Source of the DNA: Spirochaetales bacterium
Lineage (GTDB): Bacteria > Spirochaetota > Spirochaetia > Treponematales > UBA12059
Length of the DNA: 64,000 nt
Direction: 5' to 3'
NCBI GenBank assembly: GCA_016926955.1
Contig: JAFGNN010000046.1
Span: 5,743-69,742 of the forward strand
Shown here: positions 1-11,148 of the stretch, in pieces
Layout: every line of letters starts with the position of its first letter
How positions within the stretch are numbered: position 1 is the first letter of the stretch
The notes under the pieces: model-generated
Told to the model about the DNA's origin: nothing
The model's input: the letters and a program-made list of their open reading frames with translations, nothing else
The model's database searches: none
Program-made: the position numbers and the translations under genes

Positions 1-422
1 GGAAGGTCATAGACGGGCAGCGCATGCTGTTCCCCCACTATGACGGTCGCATCGTCGTCGACATCGTTCGGCAGACCCTCAACGCCCTCGCGCGCGCGGG
101 CTCGTTCTCGGTCGAGGACAAGATCTACGTCATCGACATACTGAACGGGACGAATGAGAGGGGACTCGCCTCGAAGACCGCGGAGATGTTCCAGAGCTTC
201 GGCTACGAGGTGCGGAACGTTGCAAACGCCGATTCGGACGACCTCGCGCGGACGGTCATCCAGGACCATTTCGGCAATCCGGAGGGCGCCGTCTCGATCG
301 GCGACGTCATCCGATGCACCAACGTGGAAACCATCGCCGGCGGGGAGCTTCTGTCCGACTCCCTCGCCGACTTCACCATCGTACTCGGAAAGGACTTCAA
401 CGGGAGGTACGTCGTTGACTGA
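1..422 (+). CDS. LytR_C-domain (cell-envelope related) protein, 3' end only; the 5' end lies outside the window
   Basis: The frame is open to the window edge and stops at TGA 420-422. The segment IDILNGTNERGLASKTAEMFQSFGYEVRNVANAD...TVI has the ILNGT..GLA / G..V....NA pattern typical of the LytR C-terminal domain. Codon bias is coding-like. Confidence 0.55.
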   Translation, partial: KVIDGQRMLFPHYDGRIVVDIVRQTLNALARAGSFSVEDKIYVIDILNGTNERGLASKTAEMFQSFGYEVRNVANADSDDLARTVIQDHFGNPEGAVSIGDVIRCTNVETIAGGELLSDSLADFTIVLGKDFNGRYVVD

Positions 423-783
423 ACATGGCGCCCAGGCCGTCGCGTGCGCGGCGGAACTGGCTCTTCACAACGGGCAGGACCCGGTCGCCCTCGATCTGAC
501 GGGACTCCACGGCTGGACCGATTATTTCGTCATCGCTTCGGCGACAAGTTCAACCCACCTTCGCGGCATGGCCCGGCACCTCATCGACTTCTGCGCCGCC
601 AGCGGCATCGATGTCCTGCGCCAGCCCCGTATCGGGGACGACGAGGAGTGGGTGCTCGTGGATTGCGGGTGGCTGGTGGTGCATCTGATGAGCGCGCGGG
701 CTCGCGAGTTCTACGAACTCGAGAAGCTCTGGTTCCAGGCCGAGAAGCTGCCGATTCCGGCACAGGGGGCACCCACGGCCTGA
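415..783 (+). CDS. rsfS: Ribosomal silencing factor RsfS (iojap family)
   Basis: DYFVIASATSSTHLRGMARHL...EWVLVDCGWLVVHLMSARAREFYELEKLW matches the RsfS consensus. An in-frame TTG at 415 overlaps the upstream stop by 8 nt. The 5' part of listed ORF 154..783 is out-of-frame overlap with the preceding gene. Confidence 0.8.
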   Translation: MTEHGAQAVACAAELALHNGQDPVALDLTGLHGWTDYFVIASATSSTHLRGMARHLIDFCAASGIDVLRQPRIGDDEEWVLVDCGWLVVHLMSARAREFYELEKLWFQAEKLPIPAQGAPTA

Positions 784-843
784 GTCCGCGGGCGATGCCG
801 GGCTCTGGAAGGACGAGCCTCGGCGCGATTGCCCGCAAACGCG

Positions 844-875
844 GCCGCCCGGCTCCTTGAGTGGGGCCGGGCGGC
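844..875. terminator. GC-rich hairpin between convergent rsfS and the acidic ORF (possible bidirectional terminator; no U-tract)
   Basis: GCCGCCCGGC (844-853) pairs with GCCGGGCGGC (866-875) as a 10-bp stem. It sits in the 130-nt convergent intergenic gap. Confidence 0.3.
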
Positions 876-913
876 TGCGTCGTCATGCGAGGGACCTTGG
901 ATCCCCCGCTTTC

Positions 914-1243
914 TCACTCGTCGAAGTCGTCGTAGTCGAGGTCATCCTCGTAGTCGTAGTCCTCTTCTTCCTCGTCGTCGTCGAAATCGTCGTCGTCATC
1001 GTCGAGGTCGTCGTCGAAATCGTCGTCGTCGTCGTCGAAGTCCTCGTCCTCGTCGACGTCGTCCTCTCCGAGCTCGTCGAAATCGTCCTCTTCCTCGAAA
1101 TCGTCCTCTTCTTCGTCATAGGCACCGAACAGGACGGGGAGTAGGGGATCCACGCCGGCCATCCCCATGACCTGTAGCGCGAGGCTCGGTGCCTCTGTCT
1201 GCTCGCCAGCGGCGGTGAACGGGATCATATCCAACTCCTCCAT
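914..1243 (-). CDS. Hyper-acidic small protein (ordinary N-terminal ~40 aa plus a poly-D/E tail); function unknown
   Basis: 109-aa ORF. GGAGGAG lies 6 nt upstream of the second ATG at 1228, so the real start may be 1228. The N-terminal part has normal GC3-biased codons. In the last 68 residues I count 53 D/E. Confidence 0.6.
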   Translation of the reverse strand: MEELDMIPFTAAGEQTEAPSLALQVMGMAGVDPLLPVLFGAYDEEEDDFEEEDDFDELGEDDVDEDEDFDDDDDDFDDDLDDDDDDFDDDEEEEDYDYEDDLDYDDFDE

Positions 1244-1429
1244 CGGCCAATTCTTTGTCGCTCAAGCATTTGTAGGTGCAACACACATTCCGGCCTCCGG
1301 CGGGGGCCGATAACACCGAAAATCTAAAGAGCGGATCGTGGTATGTCAACTACGGAATTCGACGTTTCTCCGGAAAACCGACTGCATCGCATCGGCCAAA
1401 TCATATGGAGGGCTCCCGGGGAGCCCGGT

Positions 1430-1459
1430 TTGACAAGATGAGGCCGGAAAGGGTATTCT
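1430..1459 (+). promoter_or_regulatory. Sigma70-like promoter candidate for ispE (TTGACA-18-TATTCT)
   Basis: TTGACA at 1430-1435 and TATTCT at 1454-1459. The -10 ends 11 nt before ATG 1471, implying a very short or absent leader. Confidence 0.4.
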
Positions 1460-1470
1460 CCCCAGCCGCG

Positions 1471-2376
1471 ATGGTATCCGTCGAAGCTCCGGCGAAGCTC
1501 AATCTCCACCTCCAGGTGCTCGAGAGCGGGCCCGATGGTTTCCACCGCATCGCAAGCGTTTTCCAGGCCATTTCCCTCGCGGATCGCCTCGTGCTCCGGT
1601 CTTTGAAAGCAACCCGCGGCGTCGAGCTTCAAGGAAGCTTCGACTGTCCGCCCCATGTCAACACCATAACGCGCGCGGCCCGGGCCTGGCTCGAGGCGGC
1701 GGATATCGACGCGGGCGTTGAGATCACGGTCGACAAGCGCGTCCCTGCAGGGGCCGGCCTCGGAGGCGGTTCCAGCGACGCGGCCGCGACCCTGAAGGGA
1801 CTGCAGGCGCTCTTCGGGATTCGTCTTGGAGAGGCCACGATGTCGCGCATCGCCCGCTCGATCGGTTCCGACGTACCGTTTTTTCTCGGTTCGGCGCGCG
1901 CCTTCGTGACGGGTAGGGGAGAGATCCTCGAACCGCTCGATGACGGTTTTCCCTTTCACGCGGTCGTGGTCGACCCGGGCTTCGCGATCCGGACACCCGA
2001 CGCCTATCGTGCGCTGGACGCGTCCAGGTTCGATCCGAGAGCTCCCGTCACTGTCGAGCCCGCAGCGGATCACGTCAAGGAAGCGTTTCGAGGGAACCCG
2101 AGGGATTGGCCCTTCCGGAACGACTTCCTCGAGGCGCTCGCTCCTGCGTACCCGGAACTGGAACCCTTGGTCGGGCGGCTCCGCTCCACCGGCGCGGCGT
2201 TCTCCGGCCTGTCGGGCTCCGGGAGCGCCTGCTTTGCCCTCTACGAGGACGGGGCCGAGGCCGACCGGATCGCAGCCGGACTCTCGCGCGATGGCCTCTC
2301 CGCGTTTTCCTGCGCCGCGCTTGCGCGCCTTCCTGAGCCGGGCTACAATTCGGCACTGGATTCCGCCGTCGGCTAA
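1471..2376 (+). CDS. ispE: 4-diphosphocytidyl-2-C-methyl-D-erythritol kinase
   Basis: [16 protein letters not shown]... is a typical IspE N-terminus, with the GHMP motif [15 protein letters not shown]. Alternative in-frame starts are 1438 and 1276. I prefer 1471 because of the N-terminal consensus and the promoter position. Confidence 0.88.
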   Translation: MVSVEAPAKLNLHLQVLESGPDGFHRIASVFQAISLADRLVLRSLKATRGVELQGSFDCPPHVNTITRAARAWLEAADIDAGVEITVDKRVPAGAGLGGGSSDAAATLKGLQALFGIRLGEATMSRIARSIGSDVPFFLGSARAFVTGRGEILEPLDDGFPFHAVVVDPGFAIRTPDAYRALDASRFDPRAPVTVEPAADHVKEAFRGNPRDWPFRNDFLEALAPAYPELEPLVGRLRSTGAAFSGLSGSGSACFALYEDGAEADRIAAGLSRDGLSAFSCAALARLPEPGYNSALDSAVG

Positions 2377-2386
2377 GGAGAGCAAC

Positions 2387-2692
2387 ATGGAGATTACCGA
2401 CATCCGCATCCGGAAGGTCACCGCCGAGGGCAAGCTCAAGGCGTACGTCACGGTGACCTTCGACGAGTGCTTCGTGGTGCACAACGTGAAGATCATCGAA
2501 GGCAAGACGGGTGTATTCATAGCCATGCCCAGCCGCCGCACCCGCACCGGGGAGTACAAGGATATCGCGCATCCCATCTGCCCGGATTTCCGGAGCCGGC
2601 TCCAGGCGCGCATCCTCGAGGCTTTCGCCAACGCGGACGAGCACGCGGACGCGGACGCGGGTGACGATGATTCTGGAGAAGTGGAAGCATAG
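2387..2692 (+). CDS. spoVG: Regulatory protein SpoVG
   Basis: [51 protein letters not shown] matches SpoVG. AAGGAG at 2375-2380 lies 6 nt upstream of the ATG. Confidence 0.9.
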   Translation: MEITDIRIRKVTAEGKLKAYVTVTFDECFVVHNVKIIEGKTGVFIAMPSRRTRTGEYKDIAHPICPDFRSRLQARILEAFANADEHADADAGDDDSGEVEA

Positions 2693-2733
2693 GGGCGGCT
2701 CCTCCGCGGGTCCCGTCCATCCATAGTACGCAT

Positions 2734-2805
2734 TGGGACGTAGACAAGCGGCAAGTCAGCGGTTTTTGGTTCCGCCATTCGCAGGTTCGACTCCTGCCGT
2801 CCCAA
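2734..2805 (+). tRNA. tRNA-Gln (anticodon UUG), no encoded CCA
   Basis: Manual cloverleaf: acceptor TGGGACG/CGTCCCA, D-arm GACA-AGCGGCA-AGTC, anticodon arm GCGGT-TTTTGGT-TCCGC (U31-U39 mismatch), T-arm GCAGG-TTCGACT-CCTGC. It closely resembles E. coli tRNA-Gln (U1-A72, AAGCGGUAAG D-loop). Confidence 0.8.
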
Positions 2806-2851
2806 TTTCATACAGCATTTTTCCGCCTGAAGAAGAAGAAGGAGTCCATCG

Positions 2852-3487
2852 ATGAGCCAGCCAGTCCTCAACGCCGCGGCCAGGTCCGCGGGCACCAAGG
2901 GAGACGCGAAGCGCCTCCGCGCCGCGGGCAAGATTCCCGCGGTGGTCTACAATCACAAGGGCGAGTCCCGTCCGCTTTCCCTCGATGCCAAGGAATACGC
3001 GAAGCAGATCGCGGGAGCCACCGAGTCAACCCTCGTGAAGCTCCAGATCGACGGCAAGACCGTCGAGGCGTTCATCAAGGATCGCCAGCTCGACTGGAGG
3101 ACCAGCTCCATCGTCCACATCGATTTCTACGAGGTGCAGAAGGGCACGGCCATGAAGGCGCACGTCTCGATCCACCTCGAGGGGACGCCGATCGGCGTGC
3201 GCCAGGGCGGCATCCTCGAGAACCCCGTCCACGAGCTGGAAGTCGAGTGCCTCCCGAAGGACCTGCCCGCCCGCATCGAGATCGACGTCAGCGGCCTCGA
3301 GGCTAACCACTCCGTCCACGTACGGGACCTCGGCGCGAAGTACCCGGGCCTCAAGTTCCTGAGTTCCCTCGACCAGGTCGTGGCAGTGGTCAAGTACCTC
3401 AAGGCCGAGGCCGAGACCGTCGTCGAGACGGCTCCCGCCGCCGAAGAAGCTCCGGCCGCTGAGAAGGCCGCGGAGCCGAAGGCCTGA
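2852..3487 (+). CDS. rplY: 50S ribosomal protein L25 / general stress protein Ctc
   Basis: AGTKGDAKRLRAAGKIPAVVYNHKG... is an L25/Ctc N-domain, followed by a long-form C-domain and an Ala/Glu/Lys-rich tail. AAGGAG at 2839-2844. Confidence 0.9.
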   Translation: MSQPVLNAAARSAGTKGDAKRLRAAGKIPAVVYNHKGESRPLSLDAKEYAKQIAGATESTLVKLQIDGKTVEAFIKDRQLDWRTSSIVHIDFYEVQKGTAMKAHVSIHLEGTPIGVRQGGILENPVHELEVECLPKDLPARIEIDVSGLEANHSVHVRDLGAKYPGLKFLSSLDQVVAVVKYLKAEAETVVETAPAAEEAPAAEKAAEPKA

Positions 3488-3508
3488 TCGCTCCGTAGAA
3501 GCGCAATG

Positions 3509-3538
3509 GCCGTCCGACCGCTGGTCGGACGGCTTTTT
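3509..3538 (+). terminator. Rho-independent terminator after rplY
   Basis: GCCGTCCGACC (3509-3519) pairs with GGTCGGACGGC (3523-3533) and is followed by TTTTT (3534-3538). Confidence 0.7.
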
Positions 3539-3604
3539 CATTCCGGGCCGTCTCCGGCCTCGCGCGTTCCGTGCGCGGGGCCCGGGCAGGACCATGGAGG
3601 CTCG

Positions 3605-4995
3605 ATGCCGTCCAAGCCATCGCGCGCGGTCCGGGAACGGGTCGAGCGCGTCGTTTCCGCGTATCTCGGGAAGCACGTCCGCGGCGACGGAAAGCTCCTT
3701 GTCGCGGCGTCGGGCGGCCGAGACTCCACCGCCTTGCTCGCGGCATGCGTCGCCGTTTCCGCGCGCGGGCGCCTTGAAACGGTCGCAATGCGGGTCGATC
3801 ACGGAATCAGGCCCCTCGAGGAGCTCGCCATCGAGGCGGCAATGCTCGAAACGACCTGCCGCGCGCTCGGTGTCCGCCTGCTCGAGAGGCGCCTCGCACG
3901 TGGTGAGGTGGCCGACCTCGCCGCCCGAATGTCCTGCGGAATCGAGGCGGCGGCCCGGTCGCTCCGCCGGGCCGCGCTCGCTGAGACTGCCCGGCTCGAA
4001 AACGCGAGCCTGATTCTGCTCGGCCATACCCGCGACGATCAGGCGGAGACCGTTCTCATGAGGCTCTTCTCCGGATCAGGTTCGGGGGGGCTGCGGGGCA
4101 TGCGGTCCCGGAACGGACCCTGGGGGCGCCCCCTTCTATCGCTTCCGAAAGACGCCCTCACCGCGTATCTTATGGAACGGGGAATTCCCTGGACCGATGA
4201 TTCGACCAACGACACACTCGATTACTCGCGGAACCGCGTCCGCCACATCCTCGTTCCCTCGCTGGACGCGGTCTTTCCCGGTTGGCGAAAGGCGCTGTCG
4301 CGAACGGCCGCGAAGGCCTCGATCGAGGACTCCGCGCTGGATGCCCTCGCTGACGGGATCGAGTGGTCGCGGACCGACACTGCCCGTTCAGGAGCGGCAC
4401 GCTCCTGCACGGCCTCCCTCCTGACGGGAACACCCCTCGCCGTCGCGGCCCGCGCCCTCGCGCGAGCGGCGGACCTGACGGCCGAAACGGACGCCCGAGC
4501 TGAATCCATACGCGTCCCCTGGGGGAGCCTGTACGCCGCGGCCAAGGGCGCTTCTTCCGGAAGGGCCTTCGCCGTCCGCGGAGGCGGACTTCGCTTCGCT
4601 TCCGACGCCAGGCGGGTAACGGTCTCGACGGACCGTCCCGATGCCGCGCCCGACCGGCAACCTTGCCTGGTCGTCCGGATCGAGGGTCCCGGATCGATCG
4701 TCGTTGGCAAACGGGAAGTCCTTAGGATATATTGGACTGACGGCGGAACGGACGGCTTGCCGGAAGGGAGCTTTTCCTTTCCGCTCACCGTGCGCACCCG
4801 TCGGCAGGGCGATCCGCGACATCCGCCCGGCGTCTTTTTGCCGGATCCGGACGGTTTCCCGCTTCTCGTAGCGGAGGATGCGGACGGAGTGGCCTGCCTC
4901 GTCGGGACCCCGGCGGGCCGGCTCGATTTTCCGCGTAACGGTCGACCGGCCGAAGGGCGACGACTCGTCATAGCGAAAGGAACGGATGCACACAT

Positions 4996-5005
<10 letters not shown>
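3605..5005 (+). CDS. tilS: tRNA(Ile)-lysidine synthase
   Basis: PP-loop LLVAASGGRDSTALL, LLGHTRDDQAETVLMRL, and a TilS C-terminal region. I chose ATG 3605 because the listed start 3506 lies inside the rplY terminator. Confidence 0.85.
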
Positions 5006-6866
<1,861 letters not shown>

Positions 6867-6870
<4 letters not shown>

Positions 6871-8765
6871 GGACGTGGGGCGCGGGCGCGCCGGTCCTGC
6901 TCGCCTTTCTGGTGGTGCTGGCCGCCGCTCCGGCGACGGCCCAATCCGAGTGGGAGCGTTCCGCCGCCCGGGCCCATTTCCTGCGCGCGCGCGAACTGGC
7001 AGCTGCCGGCAGGGTCACCGAGGCCCGGGCCCTGCTCCGGACCGCCCGTTCCTTCGTCCCGGCAGATTCGGACGCGCTCTACCTCGAGGCCTTGCTCGCT
7101 CTCGGTCTCGGCCAGCCACGTTTCGAATCGGAAGCCATGCTCAAGACGGCAATCGCCGCGAACGGTTTCTCCGTCCACTCGATGATCGAAGCGCGCCGCC
7201 TGCTCGCTCGGGTACTCTACGAGACGAAACGCTACGACGAGGCTCTGGCCACCTTGCCCGGTACGGGTTCGGATCCTGAGGGCGACTGGATCCGGGCCGC
7301 CTGTCTCCGCTTCGCGGGGGACCGCGCCGCATTTGTCGCCGCGCTCGCCCTGGGCATGGACCGTCATCCCTTCGATCCCCGCTTCGGGCGCCTGTACGTC
7401 GACGCGGGCGGCTTTCCCGGTTCGGGAAGCACGGTGGCCGAGCGCGAACTCCTCGATCGCGTAGCGGCGCGGCTGGCGTCCTGGGCCCTCGTGGATCCCG
7501 AACTGCCCGCGCTCCTTTCCTTGCCCGGCCGCGAGGACGATGCGCTCGCGGCGCTTCGTGAATTCAGGGCCCGTGGCGGGCGGAGCGGGCCCACCGGTGT
7601 GCTCGCCGTCCGCTTGGGCCTCATTTCAGCGCCGGATGCCGCCGCTGAGCTGCTTTCGGGCGGCAGGGTGGCCCGAAAGGACCTCGAGGCGCTCAGCGAT
7701 CTGGTCCGGGATTCGTCCGAACTCGAGGAAATCTCGGCGGCGCTGCGTAAATGGAACGGAGAGCTGCTGACCGACTCCAACGCCGACGGCATTCCCGAGA
7801 CGCGCACCCGATACCGCGAGGGGTTCGCGGAGCGGTTCGAACTCGATTTCGACCAGGACGGGAGACCCGAGCTGGACGTCGGCATGGTCGAAGGCGCGCC
7901 GATCCGCGCCGAGGCGACGCTCTCCGGCGAGACCGTACTGGTCTCGTACGGCGCCTGGCCAGGGGTCGCCGAGCTTTCCTACGAATCAGGCGGCGAGATA
8001 CGGCGCTACTGGTTCGCGCCGGGAACCCTGGCGCTTCCCCTGCTTGCCTTCGAAGAACTCGCGCCGTCCGCTTCGAGACCCTTCCGTCTTGCCCGGCGCT
8101 CGCCCGTCGCGGTCATCACCGAACGCGCCGCCGCGACGCTCGCCTTCGCCGCGGCCAGAATCGACCGGAGGGCAACCGAGAGCTTCGCGGTCGAAGCGGG
8201 GATTCCCGCGGATTCATTCCGCTCCGATTCCCGCGGCGTGTCCGCCCTGGTGCACCGGGAACGGGGCGCGATATCGCTCGAGCTGCTCGATTTCGACGGC
8301 GACGGCGGCTATGAAGGTCGCAGGACCTGGATCGTGGACGACCAGGATCCCGCCCGCTCGACGCCCCGTATGCTCGAGGTCGACCTGGACGGAGACGGGC
8401 GCGCGGATTATCGGGAAACCTACGTACCGGCGCTTTCGCGCGAATGGGATTACGACGGCGACGGTTCGTGGGACGCGTCGGTGAGGCCCGGACCCGACGG
8501 AAGCGAAACCTGGGAGTTCGCGAGCCGCTTCGACGGCAAGTACGATACCGCCGCGATCGTGAAGGATGGCAGGATACTCCGCCTTTTCCGCGCCGGCATC
8601 GAACTCGCGCTCATACCTGACGCCTCCGGCTCGGCTTATTGGATCGGACGCAAGCCCTTCGAGCTCGGGCCCGAACTGCCCCCCTCCGGCGCGGGAATCA
8701 GGGACGGCGTCCGTTTCCGGGTATTCAGGTTCAAGGGCGTCGCCTTCCTCGAGGTCGTCGAATGA
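6867..8765 (+). CDS. Secreted protein with an N-terminal TPR-like region and C-terminal Dx[DN]xDG calcium-loop repeats; function unknown
   Basis: Signal peptide MRTWGAGAPVLLAFLVVLAAAPATAQS. Repeats DFDQDGRPE, DFDGDGGYE, DLDGDGRADY, DYDGDGSWD. ATGA overlap with the ftsH stop. Confidence 0.7.
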
Positions 8766-10567
8766 GGCGTCGCCTGCCGCTGCCGGGTCTTCTCCTCCTT
8801 GCGCTGGCCTTCGCCCTCGGAGCGTGCGCCTCGAAGCCCGAGCCGCCGGGCGACTGGGAGCGGGTGCGCGCCGAGGACCTCGAAGCCTTGGTGACGGTCG
8901 ATCCCGCCCTGGCTTTCGAGGAGGCGTCCTTCCTGCTGGCGTCCGCCGACGCGGACGACGAGGATGGGGAGAAGTGGCGTCTCCTCGCCCTCGAAGCGGC
9001 CGGGCAAATCGCCGCGAGGCTCGGGAACGCCACCCTCGATCCCGATGCGGATCCGGTCGACGGCCTCGCGGCCCTTCTTTCCGCCCGCGTCCTGGCATCG
9101 GATCCTATCGCGGCGTCGCTTTTCGAAGGCGCGGCGCTCGGCGCGGAAACGGAGTCGCAGTTCCTGCTGTCCCGGGCCGATGCGTTCTGGGGGGAGGGCA
9201 AGGAGGCGGCAGCCTTCACCCTGTTCCTCGAAGCGTTCGAACTCGGCGTCATGGATTCGGGCGAGCTCGCCGTGTGGACGGCGAGGGCGATGGAGGGCCG
9301 GAACCGCGCGGTGCTCCGGTCCGTCCTCGCGAGCGCGCCGAGTTCCCTCGACGCCGCGGCGACCGAGTACGCGTCCGGCTCCGACCCCATCCACGAGCTC
9401 CTCAAGGGCACCGTCACCATCTGGGTCAACAAAGGCATAAAGGTAGAACGCGGCGTCGGCTCGCCCGAACGGGTGATCGGCTCCGGTTTCTTCATCGACC
9501 GTTCGGGCTACATCCTCACCAACTACCACGTGATTGCCAGCGAGGTCGATCCTGAATACGAAGGATACTCAAGGCTTTCCGTTCGCCTTCCCGGCAGCTC
9601 CGAATTGAGGGTTCCGGCTCGGGTCGTCGGATGGGACCCCGTATTCGACCTCGCCCTGCTCAAGGCCGAGCTGGCGCCCGAATTCTGGCTGTCGTTCTCG
9701 GGGCGGGCTGCGTTCGCCCCGGGCGACCGCATCTTCGCCATCGGGAGTCCCGTCGGTCTCGAGAGCACCGTTACCAGCGGCATCGTGAGCGCCGCCGGCC
9801 GACGTTTCCTGGAGCTCGGCGACGCGGTGCAGGTCGATGTCGCGGTGAATCCGGGCAACTCAGGCGGCCCCCTCCTCGACGGGCGCGGAGAGCTCGCCGG
9901 CATAGTGTTCGCGGGCATGCCGCAGTTTCAGGGACTCAATTTCGCCGTGCCGTCGCGCTGGATAGTCGCTCTGCTGCCCGGACTCTACGATGGCGGCGAG
10001 ACAGTCCATGCCTGGACCGGACTCGCTTTCCACGAGAATCCGGCTCCGCCGGAGCTGTTGTACGGCTTCCCGGGATCGCCCGGCACGCCCCTGCCCGGCG
10101 ATCGTCTGGTAGCGGTGGACGGCGTTCGCGTCGGGGCCCTGGTCGACGCCCAGGCCCGCTTGCTCGGCCGCGTTCCCGGCACCCTCGTGAGGCTGGGTTT
10201 CGAATCGGCGCGCGGGGCGTACGCCACCCCGATAGCCTTGCGCTCGCGTCCCGACCATCCGGTGGACGAGGCGCTGACTTTCGACGTGCGCGAAAACCTC
10301 TATCCCGTGCTGTTCGGCATGCGCCTCGATCCGCGCCCGGGCGGCATCTTCGGCAAGAGCGGTTTCACGGTCGGCAAGATATGGTTCGGCGGAGCCGCCG
10401 ACGAAAGCGGCCTGTCGGAATCCGATCCGCTGCTCGTGCAGGGGTTCGAGTCCTTCGACGACGAGCGTTACGCCGTCCTGCGCCTCTACGTCAAACGGAG
10501 AAAGGCCGGCTTCCTCGACTCCATCATCGCGATACCGGCCTCCCTCGACGTTCCTTCCTTCCTCTAG
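8762..10567 (+). CDS. HtrA/DegP-family trypsin-like serine protease, lipoprotein, with a helical N-terminal extension and PDZ-like C-terminus
   Basis: Lipobox LALAFALGAC. Catalytic motifs GSGFFIDRSGYILTNYHVI and NPGNSGGPLLD. ATG 8762 overlaps the upstream stop (ATGA). The listed ORF start 8639 lies inside the preceding gene. Confidence 0.85.
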   Translation: MRRRLPLPGLLLLALAFALGACASKPEPPGDWERVRAEDLEALVTVDPALAFEEASFLLASADADDEDGEKWRLLALEAAGQIAARLGNATLDPDADPVDGLAALLSARVLASDPIAASLFEGAALGAETESQFLLSRADAFWGEGKEAAAFTLFLEAFELGVMDSGELAVWTARAMEGRNRAVLRSVLASAPSSLDAAATEYASGSDPIHELLKGTVTIWVNKGIKVERGVGSPERVIGSGFFIDRSGYILTNYHVIASEVDPEYEGYSRLSVRLPGSSELRVPARVVGWDPVFDLALLKAELAPEFWLSFSGRAAFAPGDRIFAIGSPVGLESTVTSGIVSAAGRRFLELGDAVQVDVAVNPGNSGGPLLDGRGELAGIVFAGMPQFQGLNFAVPSRWIVALLPGLYDGGETVHAWTGLAFHENPAPPELLYGFPGSPGTPLPGDRLVAVDGVRVGALVDAQARLLGRVPGTLVRLGFESARGAYATPIALRSRPDHPVDEALTFDVRENLYPVLFGMRLDPRPGGIFGKSGFTVGKIWFGGAADESGLSESDPLLVQGFESFDDERYAVLRLYVKRRKAGFLDSIIAIPASLDVPSFL

Positions 10568-10709
10568 CGCGTCGGTTAGGCGGGTGCGCCGGACCGGTTC
10601 TACGGGAATCGTTCCGCTCCGCCGGTCGCGGGTCCGTCCTCACGGCCGAAAGCCGACGGCCGCGTGAAAAGGACGGCTATTCACTCGTCTCCCCGATACG
10701 CCTCCGCAC

Positions 10710-10737
10710 TTGCTTCCGCCCGCCTATCGTCTATAAT
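10710..10737 (+). promoter_or_regulatory. Sigma70-like promoter candidate for the che operon (TTGCTT-16-TATAAT)
   Basis: TTGCTT at 10710-10715 and a perfect TATAAT at 10732-10737, about 70 nt upstream of the STAS gene start. Confidence 0.35.
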
Positions 10738-10809
10738 CGATACGGTCGGGGAGGGCTGGGCCCTCAAGCCCTTATTGCCCGTTTCGGGCACGCATGAGGA
10801 CAGGAAGTC

Positions 10810-11148
10810 GTGAAGAAGAAGCCGACCCAGAAAGTCGTATCGCCAGCTGGCCCGCTCGGCATCGAAGCCGCAGCTCCCTTGCGAAGGGAGCTGCTGGCCG
10901 CCTTCGAGGAAGCGGACGAAGTGCTGTTCGACTTTTCCCGAGCCGAGGACGTCGACCTCGCCGTGTTGCAGGTCCTCTACGCCGCGAAACGGAGCGCCGC
11001 GCACCGCGGCGCTTTCTTCGCCTTGATCGGTTCGGTCGCCGAAAAGGTTTCTCGTCGCTTGCAGGTCGCAGGCTTCACCAGGTCCGCCTGTAGTACCGGC
11101 GAGGAGCTCGAAACTTCGCTGGTGGATTTCGGGAGCGTATCCAGATGA
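10810..11148 (+). CDS. STAS-domain protein (anti-sigma-factor-antagonist-like)
   Basis: 112 aa with a GTG start. A..LR..L......EVLFDFS.AEDVDLAVLQVLYAA is a STAS-like pattern. The stop overlaps the cheA ATG (ATGA at 11145-11148). Confidence 0.7.
   Translation: MKKKPTQKVVSPAGPLGIEAAAPLRRELLAAFEEADEVLFDFSRAEDVDLAVLQVLYAAKRSAAHRGAFFALIGSVAEKVSRRLQVAGFTRSACSTGEELETSLVDFGSVSR

Noticed and set aside
829-1170. Arg-rich (RRRRNRRRHRRGRRRNRRRRRR), Val-rich and Thr/Ser-rich ORFs overlapping the acidic gene (829..1170 +, 857..1144 +, 883..1125 -)
   Set aside because: They are alternative-frame or opposite-strand readings of the same GAC/GAA/GAG repeat. Only the minus-strand acidic frame has a non-repetitive N-terminus with normal codon bias and an SD-like GGAGGAG.
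1324-2931. 535-aa minus-strand ORF covering ispE, spoVG and tRNA-Gln
   Set aside because: It is antisense to two well-supported genes and a tRNA. Its composition is low-complexity Arg/Ala/Ser/Pro and it has no recognisable motifs.
10600-10680. Nested GC-rich pairings (CCGTCCT...AGGACGG enclosing CACGG...CGTG) downstream of the HtrA-like gene, considered as an ncRNA or riboswitch
   Set aside because: It is most simply an intrinsic-terminator-like or stabilising hairpin after the protease gene. I recognise no conserved riboswitch motifs.
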